DNA of 64,000 nt, taken from Parabacteroides sp. (GTDB lineage Bacteria; Bacteroidota; Bacteroidia; Bacteroidales; Tannerellaceae). Both the position numbers and the translations under genes were made by a program. This document shows positions 1 to 9,502 of this stretch, one piece after another. The notes beneath the pieces were generated by a model. That model was not told the DNA's origin. It was given only the letters and a program-made list of their open reading frames with translations, and did not search any database. The stretch is from NCBI GenBank assembly GCA_017937385.1, contig JAGBDR010000009.1, forward strand, positions 107,721 to 171,720, given 5' to 3'. Each line of letters opens with the position of its first letter. The first letter of the stretch is position 1.

Positions 1-2
1 AA

Positions 3-230
3 GTCAGCTGCGAAGAACTGGACTTCCTCAACGAAGTGGCCAAGAAATGCGGTGTGACCGGTTCTCGCGTGATGGGCGGCGGTTTCGGCGGTTGTACGAT
101 CAACTTGGTGAAAGAAGAGAAATATGATGCATTCGTAAAAGAAGCATTCGAATCTTACACAGCCAAATTCGGACACGAACCTAAATTATATAATGTAGTC
201 ATCAGCGACGGCGCACGCAAACTCGCATAA
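3..230 (+). CDS. galK: Galactokinase, C-terminal fragment (runs off window start)
   Basis: GHMP kinase motif GSRVMGGGFGGCTINLV and C-terminal DGA(R/K) typical of GalK. Confidence 0.9.
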   Translation, partial: VSCEELDFLNEVAKKCGVTGSRVMGGGFGGCTINLVKEEKYDAFVKEAFESYTAKFGHEPKLYNVVISDGARKLA

Positions 231-261
231 CAACAAATCAATTATAATTCCATAAGAAGTC

Positions 262-954
262 ATGACAACCGCTTTTTATCAGAACGAAACCAAATTCTAT
301 GTTGCAGTAGATTGTATCATACTCGGATTCGATCAGAAAGAGCTCAATGTATTACTTTATAAACGTAAGTTCGAACCCATGATGGGACAATGGTCGCTGA
401 TGGGCGGTTTCATCAAAGCGGGTGAAAGTATCGAGGAAGCCGCGTCGCGCGTGCTGACCGAATGTACCGGCATCGATAATCTTTTTATGGAACAGGTAGG
501 TGCTTACGGAGATGTTACCCGCGATCTCGGAGAACGGGTTATCTCCGTAGCATACTATTCACTTGTCAACATGCACGACTTCAGTACCGAGACACTGAAG
601 GAACACAATGCGGCCTGGACCAGGATCAGCGAAGTCCCGCAACTTATTTTCGACCACAACCGGATGATCGCCGATACCCTGTCCCGCCTGCGTAGAAAAG
701 CGGCAACCCGTCCTGTCGGATTCAATCTGCTCCCGGAAAAATTCACGTTGCCACAATTGCAGAGCCTATATGAAGCCATCTACCAGACTCAACTGGACAA
801 GCGCAACTTCCGCAAGAAACTGAATGCGATGGACATTCTGGAGAAGTTGGATGAAAAAGACAAGAAAAGTTCCAAAAGAGGCGCTTTCTATTATATGTTC
901 AACAAAGAAAAATACGACCGACTGTTAGAACAGGGTTTCTACTTCTCTTTATAA
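262..954 (+). CDS. araR: NrtR-family (Nudix + winged HTH) transcriptional regulator, arabinose repressor
   Basis: AVDCIILGF...W(S)LMGGF Nudix-like N-domain, LLPEKFTLPQLQSLYE...DKRNFRKK wHTH; sits directly before araDAB as in Bacteroides. Confidence 0.85.
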   Translation: MTTAFYQNETKFYVAVDCIILGFDQKELNVLLYKRKFEPMMGQWSLMGGFIKAGESIEEAASRVLTECTGIDNLFMEQVGAYGDVTRDLGERVISVAYYSLVNMHDFSTETLKEHNAAWTRISEVPQLIFDHNRMIADTLSRLRRKAATRPVGFNLLPEKFTLPQLQSLYEAIYQTQLDKRNFRKKLNAMDILEKLDEKDKKSSKRGAFYYMFNKEKYDRLLEQGFYFSL

Positions 955-978
955 GGAAAGAGCGCGGATGCCTTTTCC

Positions 979-1041
979 GTTCCATGGGCATGGAACAAAG
1001 ATTGCATGGGCATGAAAATAAAATGGCATGGGCATGGAACA
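979..1041. repeat. 22-bp-period array of CATGGGCATG palindromic cores (3 copies)
   Basis: CATGGGCATG at 983, 1005, 1027; first copy is GTTCCATG-GG-CATGGAAC (979-996). Confidence 0.85.
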
Positions 1042-1080
1042 AAAATAGCATTCCGAAGGAATAAAAGCAAAAACAAGGGC

Positions 1081-1109
1081 AAGCTATGTTGTAGAACATA
1101 GCTTTTTTT
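1081..1109 (+). terminator. Intrinsic terminator after araR
   Basis: AAGCTATGTT-GTAG-AACATAGCTT followed by a T run. Confidence 0.8.
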
Positions 1110-1124
1110 GTGCACTCGCCGTAC

Positions 1125-1145
1125 AAAAGTGTTACTTTTACACCC
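1125..1145. promoter_or_regulatory. Probable AraR operator, possibly overlapping the araDAB promoter
   Basis: AAAAGTGTTACTTTTACACCC, with GTGT-N7-ACAC dyad; resembles the Bacteroides AraR motif as I recall it; lies 36 nt upstream of the araD ATG. Confidence 0.7.
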
Positions 1146-1181
1146 GAACACATACAAACCACAAACAAACACAGTATAAGT

Positions 1182-1868
1182 ATGGTTGAAGAGTTAAAAG
1201 AAAAGGTTTTCAAAGCCAATCTAGACCTGGTAAAACACGGATTGGTCATTTTTACCTGGGGGAACGTAAGTGCCATAGACCGGGAAAAAGGTTTGGTCGT
1301 AATCAAACCCTCCGGAGTTTCTTACGAAACGATGAAGGTTGGCGACATGGTAGTACTCGATCTGGACGGGAATACGGTGGAAGGCGATCTCAAACCCTCA
1401 TCGGACACACCGACCCACTTGGTCCTATACAACGCTTTTCCAGAAATCGGGGGAATCGTACACACCCACTCGACATTCGCAACCTCTTGGGCACAGGCCG
1501 GCCTCGACATTCCGAATATCGGTACCACGCACGCCGATTATTTCAGTGATGCCATTCCCTGCACACGCCCGATGACAAAGGAAGAAGTGGAAGGGGATTA
1601 CGAGAAAGAGACCGGAAACGTGATTGTCGAACGCTTCAAAGAGCTGAATCCCGTACACATACCAGGCGTCCTGGTAGGCAACCACGGCCCGTTCGCCTGG
1701 GGCAAGAATGCGGCAGAAGCCGTCTACAACGCAGTCGTAATGGAACAGGTGGCGAAGATGGCGTATCTCTCGTATGGCATCAACCCGCATTTGACCATGA
1801 ATCCATATCTTATCAAAAAGCATTTCGAACGCAAGCACGGCCCGAATGCTTACTACGGACAAAAATAA
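1182..1868 (+). CDS. araD: L-ribulose-5-phosphate 4-epimerase
   Basis: [23 protein letters not shown] class II aldolase/epimerase motifs; start taken at MVEELKE (1182). Confidence 0.95.
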   Translation: MVEELKEKVFKANLDLVKHGLVIFTWGNVSAIDREKGLVVIKPSGVSYETMKVGDMVVLDLDGNTVEGDLKPSSDTPTHLVLYNAFPEIGGIVHTHSTFATSWAQAGLDIPNIGTTHADYFSDAIPCTRPMTKEEVEGDYEKETGNVIVERFKELNPVHIPGVLVGNHGPFAWGKNAAEAVYNAVVMEQVAKMAYLSYGINPHLTMNPYLIKKHFERKHGPNAYYGQK

Positions 1869-1895
1869 ACAACAAACGAATTAAATCAATAAGCC

Positions 1896-3404
1896 ATGAC
1901 AAATTTTAAAGATCTTGAAGTATGGTTCGTAACGGGAGCACAGCTTCTGTACGGAGGTGACGCGGTCATCCAGGTGGATGCCCATTCCAACGAAATGGTA
2001 AAAGGACTGAACGAATCCGGAAACCTGCCGGTAAAAGTAGTCTACAAAGGAACGGTCAACTCGGCCAAAGAGGTGACCGCCGCATTCAAAGCCGCCAACA
2101 ACGAGGATAAATGTATCGGTGTCATTACCTGGATGCACACTTTCTCTCCGGCCAAAATGTGGATACACGGCCTGCAGGAACTGAAAAAGCCGTTGCTTCA
2201 CTTCCACACCCAGTTTAACAAGGAGATTCCCTGGGAAACGATGGACATGGACTTCATGAACCTGAACCAGTCAGCCCACGGCGACCGCGAATTCGGCCAC
2301 ATCGTAACCCGGATGCGCAAAAACCGCAAAGTCGTGGTCGGCCACTGGCAAGATCCGAAAGCACAAGCCAAGATTGCAGGCTGGATGCGCGTGGCAGCTG
2401 CCTGGGCCGACGCGCAGGATATGCTGATCCTCCGTTTCGGCGACCAGATGAACAACGTGGCCGTCACCGACGGTGACAAGGTGGAAGCCGAACAGGTATT
2501 AGGCTATCATGTAGACTACTACCCCATCAACGACGTGATGGCATACTACAACGCCATTACAGACCAAGAGGTCGAAGCGCTCGTGTCCGAATATTTCAGC
2601 CTATACGACCATGATCCTTCCCTCGAACAGGAAGGAACCGTAGCATACGAAAAAGTATGGAATTCGGCCAAAGCCGAAATCGCGATCCGGTGTGTCTTGA
2701 AAGAAACCGGTGCAAAAGGTTTCACGACAAACTTCAACGATTTGGGCGAGTTCGACCAAATCCCCGGACTCGCTTCCCAGCGCCTCATGGCCGAAGGATA
2801 CGGATTCGGAGCGGAAGGCGACTGGAAAACGGCCGCCCTCTATCGCACGACCTGGTTCATGAGCCAAGGGATGCCGCAAGGATGCTCTTTCCTGGAAGAT
2901 TACACCCTGCATTTCGACGGCGAACGGAGTGCCATTCTGCAGGCACACATGCTGGAGGTCTGCCCGATGATCGCCGAGACGAAACCCAAACTGGAAGTCC
3001 ATCGCTTAAGCATCGGCATCGACAGCGAAACCGCCCGCCTGGTATTCACCAGCAAGCAAGGAACGGGTGTCGCCGCTACAATCGTAGACCTCGGCAACCG
3101 CTTCCGCCTGATCGTAAACAAAGTGGAATGCATCAAGAGCAAACCGCTCCCCAAACTGCCCGTAGCAAGTGCTTTATGGATTCCGATGCCGAACCTCGAA
3201 GTGGGCGCTGCCGCCTGGATCCTGGCCGGTGGCACACATCACACCAGCTTCTCTTACGACCTGACCCCGGAATACTGGCAAGACTTTGCTGAAATGGCAG
3301 GTATCGAAATCGTCATAATCAATGAGAACACGACGATCGACGCATTCAAGAAAGAATTGCGCCTGAACGAAATCTATTATATGTTGAACAAAGCACTTTG
3401 CTGA
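1896..3404 (+). CDS. araA: L-arabinose isomerase
   Basis: [49 protein letters not shown] motifs. Confidence 0.97.
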   Translation: MTNFKDLEVWFVTGAQLLYGGDAVIQVDAHSNEMVKGLNESGNLPVKVVYKGTVNSAKEVTAAFKAANNEDKCIGVITWMHTFSPAKMWIHGLQELKKPLLHFHTQFNKEIPWETMDMDFMNLNQSAHGDREFGHIVTRMRKNRKVVVGHWQDPKAQAKIAGWMRVAAAWADAQDMLILRFGDQMNNVAVTDGDKVEAEQVLGYHVDYYPINDVMAYYNAITDQEVEALVSEYFSLYDHDPSLEQEGTVAYEKVWNSAKAEIAIRCVLKETGAKGFTTNFNDLGEFDQIPGLASQRLMAEGYGFGAEGDWKTAALYRTTWFMSQGMPQGCSFLEDYTLHFDGERSAILQAHMLEVCPMIAETKPKLEVHRLSIGIDSETARLVFTSKQGTGVAATIVDLGNRFRLIVNKVECIKSKPLPKLPVASALWIPMPNLEVGAAAWILAGGTHHTSFSYDLTPEYWQDFAEMAGIEIVIINENTTIDAFKKELRLNEIYYMLNKALC

Positions 3405-3405
3405 T

Positions 3406-5004
3406 ATGCCGACAAACGCTAAATCCATCATCGAAACCGGAAAAGCCGTATTGGGCATCGAACTGGGCTCTACCCGCATCAAGGCAGTCCTAATCGACCC
3501 GGAGAACCGGCCGATCGCACAAGGCAGCCACATCTGGGAAAACCAATTGGTAGACGGCCTCTGGACATACAGCATCGAAGCGATCTGGAGCGGTCTACAG
3601 GACTGTTACAAGGACCTCCGTGCAAATGTCCGGAAACAATATGGCACAGACATCCAGACACTGGCCGCTATCGGCATCAGTGCCATGATGCACGGCTACA
3701 TGGCTTTCAATCAAGAAGAAGAGATCCTCGTCCCGTTCCGTACCTGGCGGAATACCAATACGGCACAAGCGGCCGCCGAACTGTCAAAACGGTTCGCCTA
3801 CAACATCCCGCTGCGCTGGAGCATCTCCCATCTTTACCAGGCCATCCTGAACGACGAGCCGCACGTACCGGAGATCCATTATCTGACAACGCTCGCCGGC
3901 TATATCCACTGGCAACTGACCGGCGAGAAAGTTCTGGGCATCGGTGACGCATCCGGTATGCTTCCGATCGATCCGGAAAGCAAGTCCTATTCCGCTCCGA
4001 TGGTCGCCCAATTCGACCAGCTCGTAGCCCCGAAAGGGTATGGCTGGAAGCTACTTGACATCCTGCCCCGCATCCTGCCGGCAGGTAAGGACGCCGGCCA
4101 TCTGACCCCGGAAGGAGCCGGACAGCTCGACACTTCCGGCCACCTGCAAGCCGGAATCCCGTTCTGTCCGCCCGAAGGCGATGCCGGGACCGGCATGGTT
4201 GCGACCAATGCTGTCCGCCAACGTACCGGAAACGTCTCGGCCGGAACCTCGTCATTCTCCATGATCGTTTTGGAAAAAGAGTTATCACGGCCGTATGAAA
4301 TGATCGACATTGTCACCACTCCGGACGGCAGCCCGGTGGCGATGGTGCACTGCAACAACTGCACGTCCGATCTCAATGCTTGGGTCAACCTCTTCCGCGA
4401 ATACCAGGAATTGTTGGGCATACCGGTCGATATGGATGAAGTGTTCGGCAAGCTCTATACGCACGCGCTTACCGGCGATGCGGATTGCGGCGGGCTCCTC
4501 TCCTACAACTACATTTCCGGCGAACCGGTTGCCGGGCTGACCGACGGCCGTCCCCTATTCCTGCGTTCAGCCAACGACAAGTTCAACCTGGCCAATTTCA
4601 TCCGGACCCATCTATATGGCGCAGTCGGCGTTCTCAAACTCGGCAACGACATCCTGTTCAAGCAAGAACAGGTCAAGGTGGACCGCATCACCGGCCATGG
4701 CGGACTGTTCAAAACCAAGCACGTCGGGCAACGGGTACTGGCCGCCGCCCTCAACTCACCCATATCGGTCATGGAAACAGCCGGAGAAGGAGGTGCATGG
4801 GGCATCGCGTTGCTTGCCTTATATGCGGTAAGCAATCCGAAAGACCTGCCACTCGATGTGTATTTGGAAGAAGAGGTTTTCAATGGAGACACCGGTGTCG
4901 AAATCGTTCCGACGCCCGAAGAAGTAGCCGGTTTCAACACCTATATCGCGCACTACAAGGCAGCTCTTCCTGTCGAAGAGGCGGCCACACGGTTCAAGGG
5001 ATAG
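3406..5004 (+). CDS. araB: FGGY-family sugar kinase (ribulokinase role in ara operon)
   Basis: [43 protein letters not shown]; operon context. Confidence 0.85.
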   Translation: MPTNAKSIIETGKAVLGIELGSTRIKAVLIDPENRPIAQGSHIWENQLVDGLWTYSIEAIWSGLQDCYKDLRANVRKQYGTDIQTLAAIGISAMMHGYMAFNQEEEILVPFRTWRNTNTAQAAAELSKRFAYNIPLRWSISHLYQAILNDEPHVPEIHYLTTLAGYIHWQLTGEKVLGIGDASGMLPIDPESKSYSAPMVAQFDQLVAPKGYGWKLLDILPRILPAGKDAGHLTPEGAGQLDTSGHLQAGIPFCPPEGDAGTGMVATNAVRQRTGNVSAGTSSFSMIVLEKELSRPYEMIDIVTTPDGSPVAMVHCNNCTSDLNAWVNLFREYQELLGIPVDMDEVFGKLYTHALTGDADCGGLLSYNYISGEPVAGLTDGRPLFLRSANDKFNLANFIRTHLYGAVGVLKLGNDILFKQEQVKVDRITGHGGLFKTKHVGQRVLAAALNSPISVMETAGEGGAWGIALLALYAVSNPKDLPLDVYLEEEVFNGDTGVEIVPTPEEVAGFNTYIAHYKAALPVEEAATRFKG

Positions 5005-5050
5005 GCTTCTCAGGCTATTCAAGGCAAGGCTATTGGCCATCCATTCCAAG

Positions 5051-5110
5051 AATGGGCATTGTAAGCACCTTATGATGCCCATTCTACCACCTTTACAATG
5101 CCCATCGTAA
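5051..5110. repeat. 23-bp-period degenerate ATGCCCAT/ATGGGCAT array
   Basis: AATGGGCATT at 5051, GATGCCCATT at 5074, AATGCCCATC at 5097. Confidence 0.6.
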
Positions 5111-5175
5111 AGACCTTACAATCGGGATCGGCACAATAGGTTACTCCGGATGATGGTCATTAGGGATATATTGCC

Positions 5176-5183
5176 TATCTTTG
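5176..5183 (+). promoter_or_regulatory. Bacteroidota sigma-A -7 box upstream of tkt
   Basis: TATCTTTG matches TAnnTTTG, 28 nt before ATG. Confidence 0.65.
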
Positions 5184-5211
5184 CAACAAAAATAAAAAAC
5201 ACTTCATCACA

Positions 5212-7239
5212 ATGAACGATATTAATTTAATGAACAAAGCAGCGGACAATATCCGTATCCTGGCTGCGTCAATGGTAGAAAAAGCGAAATCCGGCCACCC
5301 CGGCGGTGCAATGGGCGGGGCCGATTTTGTGAACGTACTGTTTTCAGAGTTCCTCGTGTATGACCCTAAAAATCCCACATGGGAAGGCAGGGACCGCTAC
5401 TTCCAGGACCCGGGACACATGTCGCCGATGCTTTATTCAGTACTCGCCCTCACCGGTAAATTCACGATCGACGAACTGAAAGAGTTCCGCCAGTGGGGTA
5501 GCGTGACCCCGGGACACCCCGAAGTCAACGTGATGCGTGGTATCGAAAACACATCCGGCCCGCTGGGACAAGGCCATACCTACGCCGTAGGTGCCGCTAT
5601 CGCAGCCAAGTTCCTGAAAGCACGCCTGGGTGACGTCATGAATCAGACGATTTATACCTATATTTCCGACGGTGGCATCCAGGAAGAAATTTCCCAGGGA
5701 GCCGGACGTATAGCCGGCACGCTGGGACTGGACAACCTGATTATGTTCTACGATGCCAATAACATCCAGCTCTCCACAACCGTGAGCGAAGTGACGACAG
5801 AGAATGTAGCCATGAAATACGAAGCCTGGGGCTGGAAAGTCATCACCATCAACGGAAACGATGTGACGGAAATCCGCTGGGCATTGACCGAAGCGAAAGC
5901 CGAAACATCCCGTCCGACCCTGATCATCGGCAACACGATCATGGGTAAAGGTGCCGTAGGAGCAGACAAGAGCAGCTACGAAAACAAGGTGTCTACACAC
6001 GGACAACCCCTTTCGGCAGCCGGCGTTTCAATCGCAGACACCATCCTGAACTTAGGAGGAAACCCGGACGACCCGTTCCAGATCTTCCCCGAAGTGGCAG
6101 AGCTGTATGCCAAACGTGCCAAAGAACTGGAAGCAATCGTTGCGGAACGCCATGTCGCCCAGGCTGAATGGGCGAAAGCCAATCCGGAACTGGCAGCCAA
6201 GATGGAGTTATGGTTCTCCGGCAAGGCACCCGTCATCGACTGGAAGGCGATCGAACAGAAACCGAACGTCGCGACCCGTGCCGCTTCAGCGACCGTTTTA
6301 GGCGTGCTGGCAACCCAAGTGGAAAATATGATCGTTTCTTCAGCCGACCTTTCCAATTCGGACAAGACCGACGGCTTCCTGAAGAAAACACACGCGCTCG
6401 TGAAAGGTGATTTCAGCGGTGCTTTCCTCCAGGCAGGCGTGGCTGAGCTGACGATGGCCTGCATCTGCATCGGTATGTCGCTCCACGGAGGTGTAATCGT
6501 GGCTTGCGGTACGTTCTTCGTATTCTCCGACTACATGAAACCGGCGATCCGCATGGCAGCCTTGATGGAACAGCCCGTCAAGTTCATCTGGTCGCACGAT
6601 GCTTTCCGCGTGGGCGAAGACGGGCCGACACACGAACCGGTCGAACAGGAAGCGCAAATCCGCCTGATGGAGAAACTGAAGAACCACAAGGGGCACAACT
6701 CCATGTTGGTACTTCGTCCGGCAGACGTGACCGAAACGACCATTGCCTGGAAGATGGCGATGGAAAACACGGCCACACCGACTGCCCTGATTCTTTCCCG
6801 CCAGAACATCACCGACCTGCCCGCCAAGGAAAGCCGTTACGACGAAGCCTTGCAGGCCGAAAAGGGTGCCTATATTGTAGAAAGCGATGAAAACCCGGAT
6901 GTAATCATGGTCGCTTCCGGATCGGAAGTTTCCACGTTGGAAGAGGGAGCCGCCTTGCTCCGCGCCGACGGCATCAAGGTCCGCATCGTATCAGTTCCGT
7001 CTGAAGGCCTGTTCCGCAGCCAGAGCAAAGAATACCAGGAATCCGTCATTCCGGCAGGAAGCAAGGTATTCGGTCTGACCGCCGGTCTGCCGGTCAACTT
7101 AGAAGGTCTGGTAGGTGCCAACGGCAAGGTCTGGGGACTCGAATCATTCGGCTTCTCCGCTCCATACAAAGTACTGGACGAAAAACTCGGTTTCACGGGA
7201 CAGAACGTATACAATCAGGTAAAAGAATTATTGAACTAA
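5212..7239 (+). CDS. tkt: Transketolase
   Basis: SGHPGGAMG, GHPE, SGPLGQG, SDGGIQE, SHDAFRVGEDGPTHEPVEQ. Confidence 0.97.
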   Translation: MNDINLMNKAADNIRILAASMVEKAKSGHPGGAMGGADFVNVLFSEFLVYDPKNPTWEGRDRYFQDPGHMSPMLYSVLALTGKFTIDELKEFRQWGSVTPGHPEVNVMRGIENTSGPLGQGHTYAVGAAIAAKFLKARLGDVMNQTIYTYISDGGIQEEISQGAGRIAGTLGLDNLIMFYDANNIQLSTTVSEVTTENVAMKYEAWGWKVITINGNDVTEIRWALTEAKAETSRPTLIIGNTIMGKGAVGADKSSYENKVSTHGQPLSAAGVSIADTILNLGGNPDDPFQIFPEVAELYAKRAKELEAIVAERHVAQAEWAKANPELAAKMELWFSGKAPVIDWKAIEQKPNVATRAASATVLGVLATQVENMIVSSADLSNSDKTDGFLKKTHALVKGDFSGAFLQAGVAELTMACICIGMSLHGGVIVACGTFFVFSDYMKPAIRMAALMEQPVKFIWSHDAFRVGEDGPTHEPVEQEAQIRLMEKLKNHKGHNSMLVLRPADVTETTIAWKMAMENTATPTALILSRQNITDLPAKESRYDEALQAEKGAYIVESDENPDVIMVASGSEVSTLEEGAALLRADGIKVRIVSVPSEGLFRSQSKEYQESVIPAGSKVFGLTAGLPVNLEGLVGANGKVWGLESFGFSAPYKVLDEKLGFTGQNVYNQVKELLN

Positions 7240-7241
7240 AC

Positions 7242-7306
7242 GATTTATGATTTCAGATTTATGATTTATGAAGAGTTGATAAATCATAAATCTGAAATCA
7301 TAAATC
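7242..7306. repeat. Perfect 28-bp inverted repeat built from 7-bp units (GATTTAT), 9-nt loop
   Basis: GATTTAT-GATTTCA-GATTTAT-GATTTAT (7242-7269) is the exact reverse complement of 7279-7306. Confidence 0.95.
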
Positions 7307-7329
7307 CCAAACTCCTCTAACAGATAAAT

Positions 7330-7767
7330 ATGAAGACATTAGGTTTATGTAGTGACCATGCAGGGTATGAACTGAAAGAATTCGTAAAACAAATACTCGA
7401 CTCGAAAGGGTTGGCCTATCGAGATTTCGGAACCTGCTCGACAGATAGTTGTGATTATCCCGATTACGCCCATCCGCTTGCCGAAGCAGTAGAAGCCGGC
7501 GAAGTATATCCCGGAATAGCAATCTGCGGAACCGGCAACGGCATCGCCATGACACTCAATAAACACCAGGGAATACGGGCCGCTCTGTGCTGGCAGGAAG
7601 AGATTGCACGCCTCGCCCGTGAGCACAATGATGCCAACGTACTTGTAATGCCCGGCAGATTTATCAGCCAAGAGGAAGCCACTCACACGGTCGAGGCCTT
7701 TCTGAACACTCCGTTCGAAGGCGGTCGACATCAGCGTAGGATCGACAAAATCCCTAAAATCAGGTAA
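7330..7767 (+). CDS. rpiB: Ribose-5-phosphate isomerase B
   Basis: SDHAG, DYPD, CGTGNG, ANK-like LNKHQGIRAA, AREHNDANVL, FEGGRHQRR. Confidence 0.96.
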   Translation: MKTLGLCSDHAGYELKEFVKQILDSKGLAYRDFGTCSTDSCDYPDYAHPLAEAVEAGEVYPGIAICGTGNGIAMTLNKHQGIRAALCWQEEIARLAREHNDANVLVMPGRFISQEEATHTVEAFLNTPFEGGRHQRRIDKIPKIR

Positions 7768-7776
7768 AACACTATT

Positions 7777-9453
7777 ATGGCAACATTAGACTTCATTGTT
7801 ATAGGGCTATTTGCTATAGCCCTAATTGGAATTATTGTATGGGTACTTAAACAAAAACAAAACAACTCCGCCGACTATTTCCTCGGCGGACGGGATGCCA
7901 CCTGGCTCGCCATCGGTGCATCCATTTTCGCCTCCAATATCGGTTCCGAACATCTGATCGGGCTGGCCGGAGCCGGAGCTTCCAGCGGTATGGCGATGGC
8001 TCATTGGGAAATCCAAGGATGGATGATTCTGATCCTCGGATGGGTATTCGTTCCTTTCTATACACGCAGCATGGTATACACGATGCCTGAGTTTCTGGAA
8101 AAACGGTATAACCCGCAATCCCGCACCATCCTCTCTTTCATCTCCTTAATCAGTTATGTATTGACCAAAGTAGCCGTTACGGTCTATGCCGGCGGGTTGG
8201 TATTCCAACAGGTTTTCGGCATCAAGGAGCTGTGGGGGATCGATTTCTTCTGGATTGCAGCGATCGGGCTGGTTTTGCTGACCGCTCTTTACACGATCGT
8301 TGGCGGAATGAAATCCGTTCTTTACACCTCTGTGCTCCAAACCCCTATCCTTCTGTTGGGCTCACTGATTATCCTCGTACTCGGCTTTAAGGCATTAGGC
8401 GGTTGGGATGAAATGATGGCGGCCTGTCGCTCCGTTGTCGTAAACGACTACGGCGATACCATGACACAACTGATCCGTGACAACCGCGACCCGCAATATC
8501 CGTGGCTCGGTGCGCTGATCGGCTCCTCTATCATCGGATTCTGGTACTGGTGTACCGACCAATACATCGTGCAGCGTGTCCTTTCAGGCAAAGACATGAA
8601 ACAAGCCCGCCGTGGCGCTATCTTCGGAGCCTACCTGAAATTGCTTCCAGTATTCCTCTTCCTGATTCCGGGAATGATCGCTTTTGCATTGAGCAAGAAC
8701 GGAGTGGCCATCAATGGCGAAGTATTCAAACTGTCCATTCCGGATGCAGCTTTCCCGACACTGGTAGCGAAATTGCTTCCGGCAGGCGTGAAAGGGCTTG
8801 TCGTATGTGGTATCCTGGCAGCCCTGATGAGCTCACTGGCCTCTCTGTTCAACTCGTCGGCGATGCTGTTCACCATCGACTTCTATAAACGTTTCAAACC
8901 GGAAACGCCCGAAAAGAAATTAGTTGTCATCGGCCAGATCGCAACGGTGGTAATCGTGATTTTAGGTATTCTCTGGATTCCGATCATGCGCAGTGTCGGA
9001 GATGTCCTCTATAATTACCTGCAAGACGTACAATCCGTATTGTCGCCGGGTATCGCCGCCGCATTCCTGTTAGGCATTTGCTGGAAACGAACTTCCGCCC
9101 AAGGAGGCATGTGGGGAATGCTGGCAGGCATCATCATCGGTATTACCCGTTTAGGTGCCAAAGTCTTTTACAGCAATACGGCCGACGCATCCGACAACCT
9201 GTTCAAAGCCCTGTTCTACGACATGAACTGGCTGTTCTTCTGCGGATGGATGTTCCTCTTCTGCATCGTCGTGACAATTGTCGTCAGCCTTTGCACGAAA
9301 GCCCCCGAAACAGCAAGAATACAAGGCTTAGTGTTCGGAACGGCAACCCCGGAAGAACGGGCCGCCACACGTGCCAGCTGGAACCATTGGGATGTGATCC
9401 ATTCCGCAATCATTTTAGGCATCACGGCTGCATTCTACTGGTATTTCTGGTAA
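7777..9453 (+). CDS. Sodium:solute symporter (SSS/SGLT family), probable arabinose permease
   Basis: SIFASNIGSEH, TMPEFLEKRY, WYWCTDQYIVQR, AALMSSL motifs; many TM segments; ara cluster context. Confidence 0.9.
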   Translation: MATLDFIVIGLFAIALIGIIVWVLKQKQNNSADYFLGGRDATWLAIGASIFASNIGSEHLIGLAGAGASSGMAMAHWEIQGWMILILGWVFVPFYTRSMVYTMPEFLEKRYNPQSRTILSFISLISYVLTKVAVTVYAGGLVFQQVFGIKELWGIDFFWIAAIGLVLLTALYTIVGGMKSVLYTSVLQTPILLLGSLIILVLGFKALGGWDEMMAACRSVVVNDYGDTMTQLIRDNRDPQYPWLGALIGSSIIGFWYWCTDQYIVQRVLSGKDMKQARRGAIFGAYLKLLPVFLFLIPGMIAFALSKNGVAINGEVFKLSIPDAAFPTLVAKLLPAGVKGLVVCGILAALMSSLASLFNSSAMLFTIDFYKRFKPETPEKKLVVIGQIATVVIVILGILWIPIMRSVGDVLYNYLQDVQSVLSPGIAAAFLLGICWKRTSAQGGMWGMLAGIIIGITRLGAKVFYSNTADASDNLFKALFYDMNWLFFCGWMFLFCIVVTIVVSLCTKAPETARIQGLVFGTATPEERAATRASWNHWDVIHSAIILGITAAFYWYFW

Positions 9454-9502
9454 CAGGTATAAACATACTTGTTACCATTTCCAGAGCTTTCAGGCATTCA
9501 TA

